The notes under the pieces are model-generated. The model did not search any database, was not told the DNA's origin, and saw nothing but the letters and a program-made list of their open reading frames with translations. 64,000 nt of DNA from Lama glama (Eukaryota), in assembly GCA_028534125.1 (NCBI GenBank), contig CM052816.1:77006001-77070000 (forward strand), read 5' to 3'. The position numbers and the translations under genes are program-made. Below are positions 25,957-37,980 of this stretch, one piece after another; within the stretch, counting starts at the first letter, position 1; each line of letters begins with the position of its first letter.

Positions 25957-28900
25957 AAGAAGATTTGGGGGATTTCTATGCCATGTCTAAAGATTGTATC
26001 AAGCTGGTCAAAGTAAACAATTTAGATTTTATCTATAACAGATATGCGGTGTTAAATTTGATTATTGCAAAAATTTCTACATCTACTTTTTTTGGGCCAC
26101 ATATTTCTAAAAGCTTTTTTAAGTTTTAGATCATTCATTTACATTTATTTAAATAGATTAGTGTTTGTCAAGTACTGAGAAAAGTGCCTGGCACATATTA
26201 AGCACTCAATAAAAGTTGGCTATTATTATTTATAGTTATTTCTTTAGTGTAATCCATTTGGTTCCTATATAACCAAATACTTAAGAAGTTATTATGCAGT
26301 TTTGTTTCAGTAATGCTAACACATTTGTAGAAGAGGTAGCCTTGTAGCAGGTAATAAATTACATTCCTTTTGGTAGAATGTCAAAAATTATGCAGTGTCT
26401 TATCTACCTGACAACCAACCTCATGTGTTCAGAACAAAGCCAGGCAAACCTCTCAATAGCTCACTAGTATAAGTCTATGCAGTAAAGTTCACAAATTTTA
26501 TTCAAAGGATGTACCTGTGACCCACATTCAAAGTTTGTTGATGTTTATTCTAACAACTTTAGATACAGGTTTTCAGGTCAAAAGAAGCAACGGTTATAAG
26601 CCTCTACTGATAGGGACATTGTGACAGGAGAGGACAGCTGATAAAATTGGTAGCAAAGGAAGAAACTTTTATACTACTACAAAGTATTTGAAAACCCAGA
26701 GACCACAGCAGCCTAGTAGCATTCAGCCAGGGGCAGTAAGTAACATAGCACACCAGAGTAAGCTGTAAGAGTACCACCATCTTACACCTCAATACCATAA
26801 TCAAAGTGCTGTTAACTCTGAATCATCCAGTTAGGGTTATTCTATCTCATTGAAGCAGGCATTGATATATCTGAATTGGTAACAGCATAGATAAAAAGCT
26901 TTAGTGCTTAAATATTCATTAGAATAAACCAGAAAAGACAGCTACCCCAAATCACTGTTTCCTAACCAATCTGTGTTCTTAGGATCTTATTTCCTGTATT
27001 CCCTGTTAGAACATGAGAAGGATATTTGGAAATTTTACTCTTGGAATAAAATGCCAAGTTATTGGCATTTTAAGTGATTAATAGGTGTTTTTAATTTCTT
27101 GGGAAGAAAAAAAAATAAAAACAAGAAAAAGAAGAGAAACAGGAACAGCTATACAGAGAGGAGGAAGACTTAACAAAAACCATGTTCATCAAATCTTTCA
27201 CTTACTCTTCAAATAGTATTTAATACTTACTGGGTACCAGGTTCCATAGAGGAGAAAATTGTGTTGGCATTAGTCTTCCTGTTCCCACTTCTAGCCTTTG
27301 GTTAGTTCAGATAAAAGGGGAATGATGGAAGATAACTAAAAATTTACTTTAAAATAATAGTTTGGAATCTAAGCTGAGAAGATTTATTATTAATTTATTT
27401 TTGGTCTTCTTATAAAATTAGAAGAATGATTGAACTGATACCTGTGATATAATGGTTAGCATGATTCAATAGTCATAAAACCGTATCTTCTGAGATACTT
27501 CTTTGGGGCATAGTAGAAACAACACTGAAGTAGGATGCCTTAATCTTGAATTCTAATCCTGGCACTGAGTGAAGGAACTTGGAAAAAGTTCCATAAATTA
27601 TGCTGTAACATCTCATCTACTTGGGATTCAGAAGTTTTGCAAGCCTCATTCATCCAGAACAAAGCCAGGCAAACCTTTCAGTTGTTTATCGTTATAAACC
27701 TATATGGTAAAGTTCATAAATTTTAGAATGTGCAGGCCTTAGTTGCCTCATTTAGTGGAGGTTGGACTATATCAGTGGTTTTAAATGCTTTTTTAAAATG
27801 TTGCTTTTTAAGTAGAGAAACCCCTTCTTCACAAAAACATTTCTGTAGAAACCCAATATGTAGAGTATACAAAAATGGAACTACTCTAGTTGGAACACAG
27901 ATGGGGAGGCAAGTAATCAAATAATTTCTTCCCCTTCACTCCAGTAGTCCTTGAAGAGTTTATGGAGTCAGAGAAGTATAGCAGAGTACAATTTAAAGGC
28001 AGCTGGCCTGTTTTATAAAATTTGTAAATTTCAATTATGAGTGGTTTTTAGGTGCAAATGAGTAGAAATGAGAAGTGGTTTTTGCTATGATAATTTTAGT
28101 AGCTACTAATGAAAGATTTATTTTGTGTGTTTTACAAAATAATTCTTTGTTTTAATATCAGGCTACATTATTACATTTTAAATGGCTTGAGTTTTCAAAT
28201 AGCGATATGCATGTACTGTGAAACTTTGTATACTGACTTATATATACAAAGCAGGTATATAGTAAATATTTTAACGAGTCTGTTGCATGAGTAAGAATCT
28301 GTGTGAGAAGGTGTATCTTATGGAAATGTCAGTTTTTTCCATATTATGGAGTCACTGATAGGGAATGCATTGAGGAAGTATCAGTGCCTCATATAAAGCT
28401 ATTGTAATATTTACATATGATACCATTTTTACTGTTTTGTGTCTGCTGTGTTAAAAAATCTTATTTTGATAAACCATTAAAGCAGTTACCACGCAAAGAA
28501 TAAGTGATTATTCTTATTTCTCATAGAAATATTATTAAATCTAGTTAGTAGATATGCCCTTGGTTGTATTTGATAGCAAATCTAGTAGTCGTAAGTGATT
28601 GTGAAGATAATCTTTGGATAATACCTCTGACTTCTGAGGTCAGGTTTCTTTCTTTTTTCTTTTTTTTTTTTTAACATCTATATATTGAAAGTTATCTTAA
28701 TTGCTCACCTTTTCATTTTTACCTATGAGACCATAACAATTGCTTTTTGGTCAACAGTCAGCATTACTGATGACCTTTTATTTATCAATTTATAACAGAT
28801 AAATATTTTCAAGTATTTATATGTTCTCAGTAAACAAGATGGCACTGTTTAGTACTTAACTAGCTTCTTCTGTTTTATGAAGTTTTGAAAATAAATTATA

Positions 28901-28964
28901 ATTTCTTTATATGATTTATACTAGAAATCAAGGAACTAATGCAGTTTTTTAAATGGTATTATAG

Positions 28965-29142
28965 GTTTATGAAAGCTTTAAGTTACGCTTCGCTAGATAA
29001 AGAAGATTTGTTAAGTCCTATTAACCAAAATACCCTGCAGCGATCCTCCTCAGTGAGGTCCATGGTGTCCAGTGCAACATGCGGTAGCTCAGATGACTAT
29101 ATCGGCCTTGCTCTTCCAGTAGACATCAATGATATATTCCAG
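28965..29142 (+). CDS. RICTOR: RICTOR exon 32, FMKALSYASLDKEDLLSPINQNTLQRSSSVRS...DINDIFQ
   Basis: atag|G...CAG|gtatca; 178 nt. Confidence 0.97.
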
Positions 29143-29925
29143 GTATCATAAATTCTGTGGTTTTCTTCTGAGGTGGTTTCCTGTTTTTTCATTTTATAAC
29201 TGCTTACTAGTTATAATTTAAAGTGAATACTAATTTGGGGGAGAGGTGTTTTTTTTTAAGGCAGCTTTATTTAAAGAAACTTTGTGATAAGCATTATTTC
29301 GCCTTTCTCAACTATTCTGTACTCTTGTTTAGCATCTCCATGTCCCCAGAACATTATCCTTCCTTCTCTTCCAATGCTAAATCAGCATCTTGTTTGGTTT
29401 CTTTATCAGTATATTCTCACTAGAAACTCCTAGTTCCTAATCTTGCTTTTTAAAAAGTCACTTTGACTAATTCCTTGTTGATTTTTTAATTGTGATATAA
29501 CTGACATATAACATTGTGTACATTTGAAATACGCAATGTATCCCTTGTTTTATTTAATCCTTGATCCTGTTTATCCCATACAGGGTAGCCACACATGCTA
29601 AAGTCATATAGGGGGTGCTAATCGCATTAAATACTCACAGATCTCTAGTTTATAGTACTGAAGAATACACATTTGCTCAGAAGTCTAAAGATAAGTTCTG
29701 AAATAATTATGTTAAAACCCATTTGAGTCACCAAGAATTGATAAGGACTTCAAGGGTTTTAGACTACTTTGTCAAGTTTTGATAATTTAACCTTCTTTAG
29801 TAATCTTTTGATTGTAGGTTCATGTGCTCTAGTAATTGTTTAAATTACATTTCATGTAATTTTGCCAATATTCATAAAGTAAACTTCTTTTTATAACAGG
29901 ACTTACCATGACATATCTATTTTAG

Positions 29926-30010
29926 GTAAAGGATATCCCCTATTTTCAGACAAAAAACATACCTCCACATGATGATCGAGGTGCGAGAGTGTTTGCCCAT
30001 GATGCAGGAG
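29926..30010 (+). CDS. RICTOR: RICTOR exon 33, VKDIPYFQTKNIPPHDDRGARVFAHDAG
   Basis: ttag|GTAAAG...GAG|gtaatg; 85 nt. Confidence 0.96.
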
Positions 30011-30780
30011 GTAATGCATGGGTTTGGTCTTATCTTTACATGAAAAAGAAAATTCTTTTCCATAGGATGATAAAAATTCAAGTATACTTACTTTTGGGTC
30101 AACTTATAAATTATAGCAAAATAATTGAGTCAATTTAAAATTAAACCACAATATTTTTTTTGTGGAGGGACTTAAGGCAGTGTTTTTCCAATTAAATACC
30201 TAGCCTCTCAAAAAGACAAAAACCAGATCAATTGCTTCTGTTTTTTTTTTTTTTTTAAAGATACGTGAAAAATAATTTAACACTTAACTGTCATAGGTCT
30301 AAGAAACAGCTGCTTGGGGAAAGGGAGGGAGAAAAATGTTCTCACACGTTACATGATCTCTCTTTGGTGTGAGCTATAGTATTTTAATTAATATGTGCAT
30401 ATCAGTCCCAGGTTTAAAGCTTTATAATCTTGATTTTTTTTTTAACAAGGACCTCTTTAGACTCAGAATTACTACATTATGCAAATATTGCAAATAATTG
30501 AAATGATGCCTTAGATGTATAATAATGATTTTTTATTTTGTTACTTAACACCTCATATTAAAATAATATAAACATCCGCTGATTTTAATTATTTTCCTAA
30601 TCTAAAGCAAATTATCCTTTTTTTCTCCCCAGTTAAGGTTATATTTTGAGTCATAACAAGAGTTCTGGTTTTATTCCTTAATTTCCCTTCATTAAAATTT
30701 CATACAGTTTAAGACACTTTGAAAGAGGTGTCATTGATACTGTCTTCATCAGATTATGTTTTATATTTGCTTATACACAG

Positions 30781-31014
30781 GTCTTCCATCTGGCACTGGA
30801 GGTCTTGTGAAAAACTCTTTTCACTTGCTACGACAGCAGATGAGTCTTACGGAAATAATGAATTCAATCCATTCAGATGCTTCTCTGTTTTTAGAAAGTA
30901 CAGAAGACACTGGACTGCAGGAACATACAGATGATAACTGCCTTTATTGTGTCTGTATTGAAATTCTGGGTTTCCAGCCCAGTAATCAACTAAGTGCAAT
31001 ATGTAGTCATTCAG
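30781..31014 (+). CDS. RICTOR: RICTOR exon 34, GLPSGTGGLVKNSFHLLRQQ...EHTDDNCLYCVC...AICSHS (part of C-terminal Zn site)
   Basis: acag|GT...CAG|gtgagt; 234 nt. Confidence 0.97.
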
Positions 31015-31029
31015 GTGAGTGATTATGTT

Positions 31030-31680
31030 TTTCTGGATGAATCCACCTGAATTTGAATCTGCTCCAGTCACAAGTCGTCTCCCAGCCCTGTTGATCATCC
31101 CTCTTACTCCATTCTCACTACCTCAGCGTTAGTCCAGCATCTCCCTATGGAAGTGTTAGTGTTTCAGTCTCCAGTTTTGGCGCCTTCCAGTTCATCTTTC
31201 ATAGTACTGTCTGGTGACAGTTCTTTACTGGCTATTCATGTCCAGCACACGAGACTCTTTTTGTGATCTAAATATCTTTCCCACCATTCGCCTATCTTAC
31301 TATTGACATACCATTATTGACTGACTGATGTTTTTAAACAGACTATGCTTTTTTCCATGATTCTAGGCATGAAAAATGTGTTTTCCTTTTTGTTCCTTCC
31401 TCTCCTCACAGACACGCGAGCTCAGCTCACACACAGACACACACAGTCTTATTTGGCAAGCGCACCCCATCCTCAGAGTCAGGAGTATTTTATTTCTATT
31501 GCCCTTTGTCTGTAAATCTCTTATGATAATTATTTCTTGGTTATTTTTCCCCTCCCACTCAGTAAGTTCCTTCAGGGGATGGTCTGTCATCCTTTTCATT
31601 TTTATTTTTCTAATACCTGGCTGCATACTACTTTATCCTCTAGGCACTCAGTATGTTTTCAGTAAGGGAGTAAATGATGC
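31030..31680 (+). mobile_element. L2 3' fragment
   Basis: gtaagttccttcagggga...taggcactcagtatgttt terminal L2 motifs. Confidence 0.5.
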
Positions 31681-32609
31681 AGACCCAGATTCAGCTTTTT
31701 TATATGATTCAACAAGTGACATATATTAGCAATTATAAATTAGTATATATGTGTTTAAAGTATTACTATAGATACCTTTTCTTGGTGAATACCACTTAGC
31801 CATCCTCAGGAAAACCTAGTGAGAACCAAAGTTCTCTGGGCCATTCACCCAGATTTCTCCTTGGTATTCTGATTCAGAGCTTCCCAACTGCTGGGTTGTG
31901 GCACAGTGATAAACCGCAGACAGGATATGGATTTGCTGGGATATTAACCCTTCAGTGGTTCCATGCCCCAATAGGGCCTTGATTGACAAACCCTTGGACT
32001 AGGCGCTTCCCACTATGAACAGTCCTGTCCAGGGCCCCAGCGGGCTATAATTATTTTCGTTTTCTTTGAGTGAGAGGTTTGAGCAGTACTGTTCTGATGT
32101 ATTGTACACAGCAAAGAGGATGCTTTTTTTTTTTAAAGCAGATGTATTTTGAATCATTTTTCTATACATCATTTATGGTATTTTAGTTCTTCCAAGTTCT
32201 GTTTCTTCATTTACTTATTCAGCAAATACTTATGAAGCACTTACCATGGAGTTTTGCTGTACTGTTTTCTGTTTATTTATCAAACAAGAAATAGGGAAAC
32301 CACTCTCCTAATTATTACCGAGTCACAGCACAGTCACAGCTAGTTCTAATCCATTTGTGGTCTGTAGCTGGACTAGTCATCTAGCAGAGTCTCATGAAGT
32401 TTGGGACGAGAGGAAGACTGGCTGCAGCTGGTGACGCTCTCGCATTGGCACAGCCATCAGAGCCCCTTGGCTTGTTATCTAGTGATAGGAAGTGTTAGAC
32501 TGAGGAGCAGTGGGGGGAGAATAACTCTTAATTGGGAAATGATTACTTTACTGCTGATACTCACCTTGGAGATGCGAAGGGAGGGAGGCTAATTGTTAAA
32601 AAGTCACTG

Positions 32610-33120
32610 AACCTTTACTCATTCATGCATTCAACACATTTATTATGCCACTGCTGTAGGTCAGGCATTCGCTAAACTATGTGCTCGATAAACAGTTGTG
32701 AGAGAAAAAAATAAAAAGACACCATCTGAGCTCTAGACCAGCGGGGAAGGAAATGGATTGATCAATCACTCGAACAGTTGATACACAAATATAATATGAC
32801 ATTTGTAACAGGTGCCATCAAGGGTAGGCACATCATATTAGCAAAGAAATATAACCAGGTAGGCAGATAGAAGAAGAGACATCTGAAGAAGTTGCTATGA
32901 GCTGTGGTTGAACGAATGAATAGAAGCTAACTAAGTGAAGACAGGAGTATAGAGAATTTTGAGACAGAGGAAGCAGCATGAGCAAAGGTCTTCTCTCATG
33001 GGAGCAAGCATGAGAAGTAGAAGAGATTGAAAAGACCCGTGTGAATAGAGCTCATAAAGCAAGGGGGAAGGAGATACAGGATCAGCCTAGAAAGATAATA
33101 GAGACCAGGCCCTGCAGGGC
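32610..33120 (-). mobile_element. L2 3' fragment
   Basis: cattcatgcattcaacacatttatt L2 tail motif then purine-rich body. Confidence 0.6.
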
Positions 33121-33290
33121 CCTTCCCACCCAAGTGTGGTCAGTGAGTCGGCAGCATCAGCATCACCTGAGAGCTTCTTAGAAACACAGAATCTCAAACT
33201 CTGCCCTGCACACAGATTCAGAATCTGCATTTTAACCTGGTTAAATAACCCAGGTTATTCAGGTATGCAGTGATGTTTGAGAAGCACTTC
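33121..33290. mobile_element. MER5A-like hAT MITE
   Basis: cagcatcagcatcacctgagagctt..agaaa..cagaatctc...gaatctgcattttaac...tttgagaagcact. Confidence 0.8.
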
Positions 33291-34019
33291 TATTGGCCAT
33301 AGTCAGGATTTTGTGTATCAGTAAGGAGACATCCAGTTATGGCAGATAACTAAAATTAGTCCCTCTGCTATTTTAATGATCATTTTAAAGGGACATCAGG
33401 ACTTGAACACGAGGCTGTCCATTCTCTAAAAACTTTCAGTCTGCTGTGTTGGTAGCGGTAGTTGTTCAAAAAATGTTAAAGCCCAGAGGAGAGGCTATAA
33501 GAATATTTCCTAACATTTTATTCTGTGTCTACCACCTTCACAGATTAGCTTATGCATTGTACACTTTAGTGTGCAAGGCGACATGCTGGCCTTTCAAAAC
33601 TTAGTATTATATGTTTCTTTTGGGTCTGCTTTATATATTTCACCACATTTGCCCTAGTGTAGCTAACCGAGAGTGGGAAACCTAAGTGTTTTAGTCCATC
33701 TGTGAAAAAAAGAGCATTAGAAAAAAAAAAAATTAGCCAACTATAAAGGCTAATGGTAAGAAGATCAGTTTGAATGTCTAGGTTATTAAACTGATGATTG
33801 TGATGGCTAGGTAGAAACTACACTGGAGAGAGGAGGGCCCTAGAGAGAGAGTAATGGTTTCATCAAAATCTATACCAAAGATCAGTGGTATGCAGATGAG
33901 GGTGTAAGGGGAACGATGAGGTGGTGCCCCACCTATCTGGCCTTGCCCAGGTATGAAGTAGGAGTTGGAGTTGGAGGAAGCTAGGAAATGCTAGGACTCC
34001 AAGAAACACTAAAAACCAC

Positions 34020-34250
34020 TGGTGTAAACATAGTGCAGTGAGTTTTGGTGTCAAGAAGACTTAAGCTCGAAGTCAAACTTTTTCCATCTTATTAGTTCTT
34101 TGATCTTGGGCAATGCACTGAGTTTTGCCAAGCTTTACTTTTTTATTTTTTCTGAAATCTCTAAATGGGAATAATTATACCTACCTTATAGTGTGGTTTT
34201 GGTATTTAGTAACATTAAGATAAGGTTGCATTCAGTGAGCTCTGTAAATG
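34020..34250 (+). mobile_element. MIR SINE
   Basis: tgatcttgggcaatgcact...taaatgggaataattatacctacct. Confidence 0.6.
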
Positions 34251-35619
34251 GTAACGCACACTAAATTGTTTATGTTAGAAATGCTGTGCTCTCATAAATT
34301 CTGATGGTTCGGTTATAGTTACCTTACTGTGCTCCTGAGGAACAAACACCTCCTGCTCACTTCGTTTTACTTCCCTGCTGCCCAGGAGAATTGGTTATCA
34401 GGTGGGCACATATATCAGCAATAGAACTTTCCTCATGGAAATTCTTTATGTTTTTAATAAATAATTGTTTCAGCATTTCCCATAATCTGTTTGGGAACTT
34501 GACTACTTTCTGGTAGGAAAAATTTAGCTTATGATTTTTCTGAATTAACCCATATGAATTTATATGTATATTATTCTTTGCTTAGAGCTTTTTGTTTTTC
34601 CCTACATAGAGTACTTGGAGCCAGCCTTATGCTCAGATACAGGGAGTAAAGAAGGTATTCGGTCTCTTAGGGTCTGGTCTGTCCTGTGCTTCATGTCTAC
34701 ATTTTTAATTAATAGATAAAGCTGAGCTAGAAAATTATTAATGAAAAAGAGAGGAAACAATGAAAGCAAAGAAACTACAGTTAAGCTAGACATGACATAG
34801 ATAAAGTGATTCAGTTAATGGACATAATGCTTCATCCAAACTAAAAATAATCTTGAAATAAAATGTTTTGAGTAAAAGTGTGTCTTCTCTCTTAAAGAGA
34901 AAGGAAATAAAGGTCCCTAAAGGTAAGTACCATCAACCCAGTACGCACGGTTTTGCCTTCAGTGGACTCATAGACATTGTCTTCCACACATAAGAACAAG
35001 TAGGCTAACTCGCTGTTCCTTTCCCAGTTTCAGGAATTTTTGGTTCTCCTTATCCTGCAGGTTTATAGATAGTGCCTGTATTCTGTCCACATGTTCTCTG
35101 AAGTTTCTATTTAGTACATGTAATGATTTCATTAAAAAAGTTTATTTGTACGGTTAAGCATGTTTCACACACAAAAAATACCCCATGTAGCAAAAGTCTT
35201 CTGTTGTCACTATAGCTAGGGTGATGTTTCACATCTCCAAATGGGCTAAACTAATTTTTCTGGAACCTAGCTTAGCTAGAGGAATGGGTTTTTTTTGTTT
35301 TTTTGTTTTAATGAGAATGAATGATACGCTTAGAAATGAGATATGATTCTGAAAGGTTGGAAATTTGGGGGTTTGTCGCTGGTTAAAGGTGAGGCTGAAA
35401 TGGATTAGATTATAACTTTTTAGAAACATTGAAGAAAGTGTGATTTTCTTACTGTTCCTTGGGCTGGAATATTTTGTCATTTTACTCCCTGGGAAGCTCA
35501 TCAGTTGTGTCTAAAATAACATTCATCTCGTACCTGGTTATTCAGCATTACTGGTTCTTAAGTACATCTTTAGTTCTCTCAAATCTTTTGGCAGTAGTTT
35601 TATTTTTAAAATCAGTGTA

Positions 35620-35715
35620 GGGGTTGTATAGCTCAGTGTGGTAAAGCACGTGCTTAGTATGCAGGAGGTCTTGGGTTCAATCCCCAGTACTTCAATTAAA
35701 AATTTTTTTAAAAAA
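35620..35715 (+). mobile_element. tRNA-Ala-derived SINE (Vic-1-like)
   Basis: A box TAGCTCAGTGTGG, B box GGTTCAATCCC, A-rich tail, TSD taaaatcagtgta / taaattcaatgta. Confidence 0.85.
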
Positions 35716-36883
35716 TAAATTCAATGTATAATTTAAGTAATGTATGTTACTTTTAAATGCCTGACCAGATGCATGATTTCTTGAATCTTAAAACTATGCT
35801 AAACTGATAGATCTTCTTTTCCGAGGAACCAAGGTATATTCTGCCTAGATTATGTAAAATAGTAGTCTTAGAAAGTGCTTAAAGGTAAGATTGAGGTGGT
35901 GGTGTCTATTTTGTGGAAGACAGCATAGGGAGAGGTAGTATGTGTTGACATTGGTGTAGTTTCCTGGACTTTTAAAGATAAGCTTTTGAAAGCTTTTTTT
36001 TTTTTTCTTCTTTTTTTCTTTTCCTTTCCTTTCCTTTTTTTTTTTTTTTAAATACTCTTGACAGTGTGTTGTAGTGAAAAGAGTACTGGACTGGCTGTCA
36101 AGAGGTCTTACCTTCTGGCTGAATGTGTCTCCTATCTCTGAACCTTATTTCTTAGTGTACTAAGGTTGTATGATTTTCTACATTGCCCAGTGTTACTTCC
36201 TAAAAGGATAACCAAAGACTTTCTGATTTCCATTTGCTTTGATCACTTAGTTTAAGTGCTCAGGAAAAATTTAAATTAAGAAATATCGATGTCATTTTAG
36301 CGGCACTGGGATGTTTGGTTGACCTCAAAATCCCACTTAGGGGTACCTTAGCAATGCATGGATAGTAAATTTAACTCTAAGGAAAGAACTGATAAGCCCA
36401 GGGAATATGATTCTTATGCTGATAATTATTAAGTGGGGGGAACAGCAAGTCATAGAATAATAGGTACAATATAATTCCACTTACACACCCAAAGAGCAAG
36501 AAAGAGAAATTTAAAATAGCAAAATATCTGAATTTTTATATGTATATAAATGAGGAGGGTATTTAGTTTGGGGGTGGGAGGACTGGGAGAGGGGGTAGGT
36601 AAGGTATCTTCCCTTTTTATTCTGTGTACATCTTTACTTCTTTAAATTAACATACTATTTTTGTAATTTAGAAAAATAAAATCTAATGTATAAATGTCTT
36701 TGGAATTTAACAGGTTTCACTATCTGGGCAGTCTGAATTTCCTTTGAAAGTCTGTATCATGGGAAGTAATTATTAAAAGCTGGAAAGAAATGACAAGGAA
36801 TCATCTCTTCTGTAGTATACAGTGCAAGCATAGGAATTAAGCCATTGTGATACTTTAATTGGGTTAATTAATTTTTCCTTCAG

Positions 36884-37039
36884 ACCTTCAAGACATTCCA
36901 TATTCTGATTGGTGTGAGCAGACTATCCATAATCCTTTAGAAGTAGTTCCCTCTAAATTTTCGGGCATTTCTGGATGCAGTGATGGAGTGTCTCAGGAGG
37001 GCTCAGCCAGCAGCACCAAAAGCACAGAATTGCTACTAG
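36884..37039 (+). CDS. RICTOR: RICTOR exon 35, DLQDIPYSDWCEQTIHNPLEVVPSKFSG...STKSTELLL
   Basis: tcag|AC...TAG|gtaggt; 156 nt. Confidence 0.97.
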
Positions 37040-37363
37040 GTAGGTTTTCAAATTCAAATCCAAGCATTGTTAAAACTGTACTTAATTTTGTTGTTGTTGG
37101 TAAGTAATGTTATTGTCTCAAAACTACGGCAAGTCAGTTTTAGTGAGGTGTATATAGCCAACTGTTGCCCCTGTATCAGCTGCTGATACGTTCCCTCTTA
37201 ACTGCTGGATTTCATTGGAAAGAATTTTGCTCCCCAAATGGTTGACGGGTCATGTGCAGTTTATCTCAGTTCTGTATCTTTAGGTGAAGTTTAAAAACAG
37301 ATTTCATGAGTTACAGTCATTTTCTATTGTGATATAGATCAAATATTTTAATCTTCTTTTCAG

Positions 37364-37487
37364 GTGTTAAAACAATTCCAGATGATACACCAATGTGCCG
37401 TATACTCCTTCGCAAAGAAGTTCTGAGATTAGTCATTAATTTGAGTAGTTCAGTTTCAACTAAATGTCATGAAACTGGGCTTTTAAC
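37364..37487 (+). CDS. RICTOR: RICTOR exon 36, GVKTIPDDTPMCRILLRKEVLRLVINLSSSVSTKCHETGLLT
   Basis: tcag|GT...AAC|gtaagt; 124 nt. Confidence 0.97.
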
Positions 37488-37580
37488 GTAAGTAAACTAT
37501 GAGCACAAGTATTCTTTGTTCTGCTTTTTACGGTGAAAAAGATAACATGAAATACTTGAAGTTAGACTAATTAGCTTACT

Positions 37581-37980
37581 CAGCAGTTCACAACTGCAGG
37601 CGTATCTGAGCGAGGCTAGATTTTCTTCATATACTTCAACCAAACTAACATATGGTAACAGATGGAATACAGAAGCAGGTATGTGAATACAGCTGTCTTC
37701 TGTTAAACCAGACTTTAGAAGAGATCTGTAAAAATGTAAAACAGTACTACTATTCTCACTTTTTTAGTTTTGGAAAATATACTTATTATTTGTTACGTAC
37801 ATTTGCTAACTTGTAATGAGTTAATTTTTTAAATGAATTAATATTCTGAAATTTTCTTAATTTTAATTTCTTTTTGGTAATTATTGATGGCTATGGCCCA
37901 CACAAATAAGATTTTGGGGGTTCTCAATAACTTCTAAGAAGGTAGGGGAATCCTAAGACCCTAAAGTTTGAGAAGAGCTG
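37581..37980. mobile_element. Internally deleted hAT-Charlie (Charlie1-like) DNA transposon
   Basis: TIR-like ends cagcagttcacaact / agtttgagaagagctg; Charlie1-type terminal motifs. Confidence 0.7.

Noticed and set aside
29079..29090. RICTOR amino-acid differences from human (e.g. SATCGSS vs SATYGGS, FSKSKQ vs FAKAKQ)
   Set aside because: Few, mostly conservative or in disordered regions, and the comparison relies on memory; the T1135-equivalent site and Zn ligands are intact.
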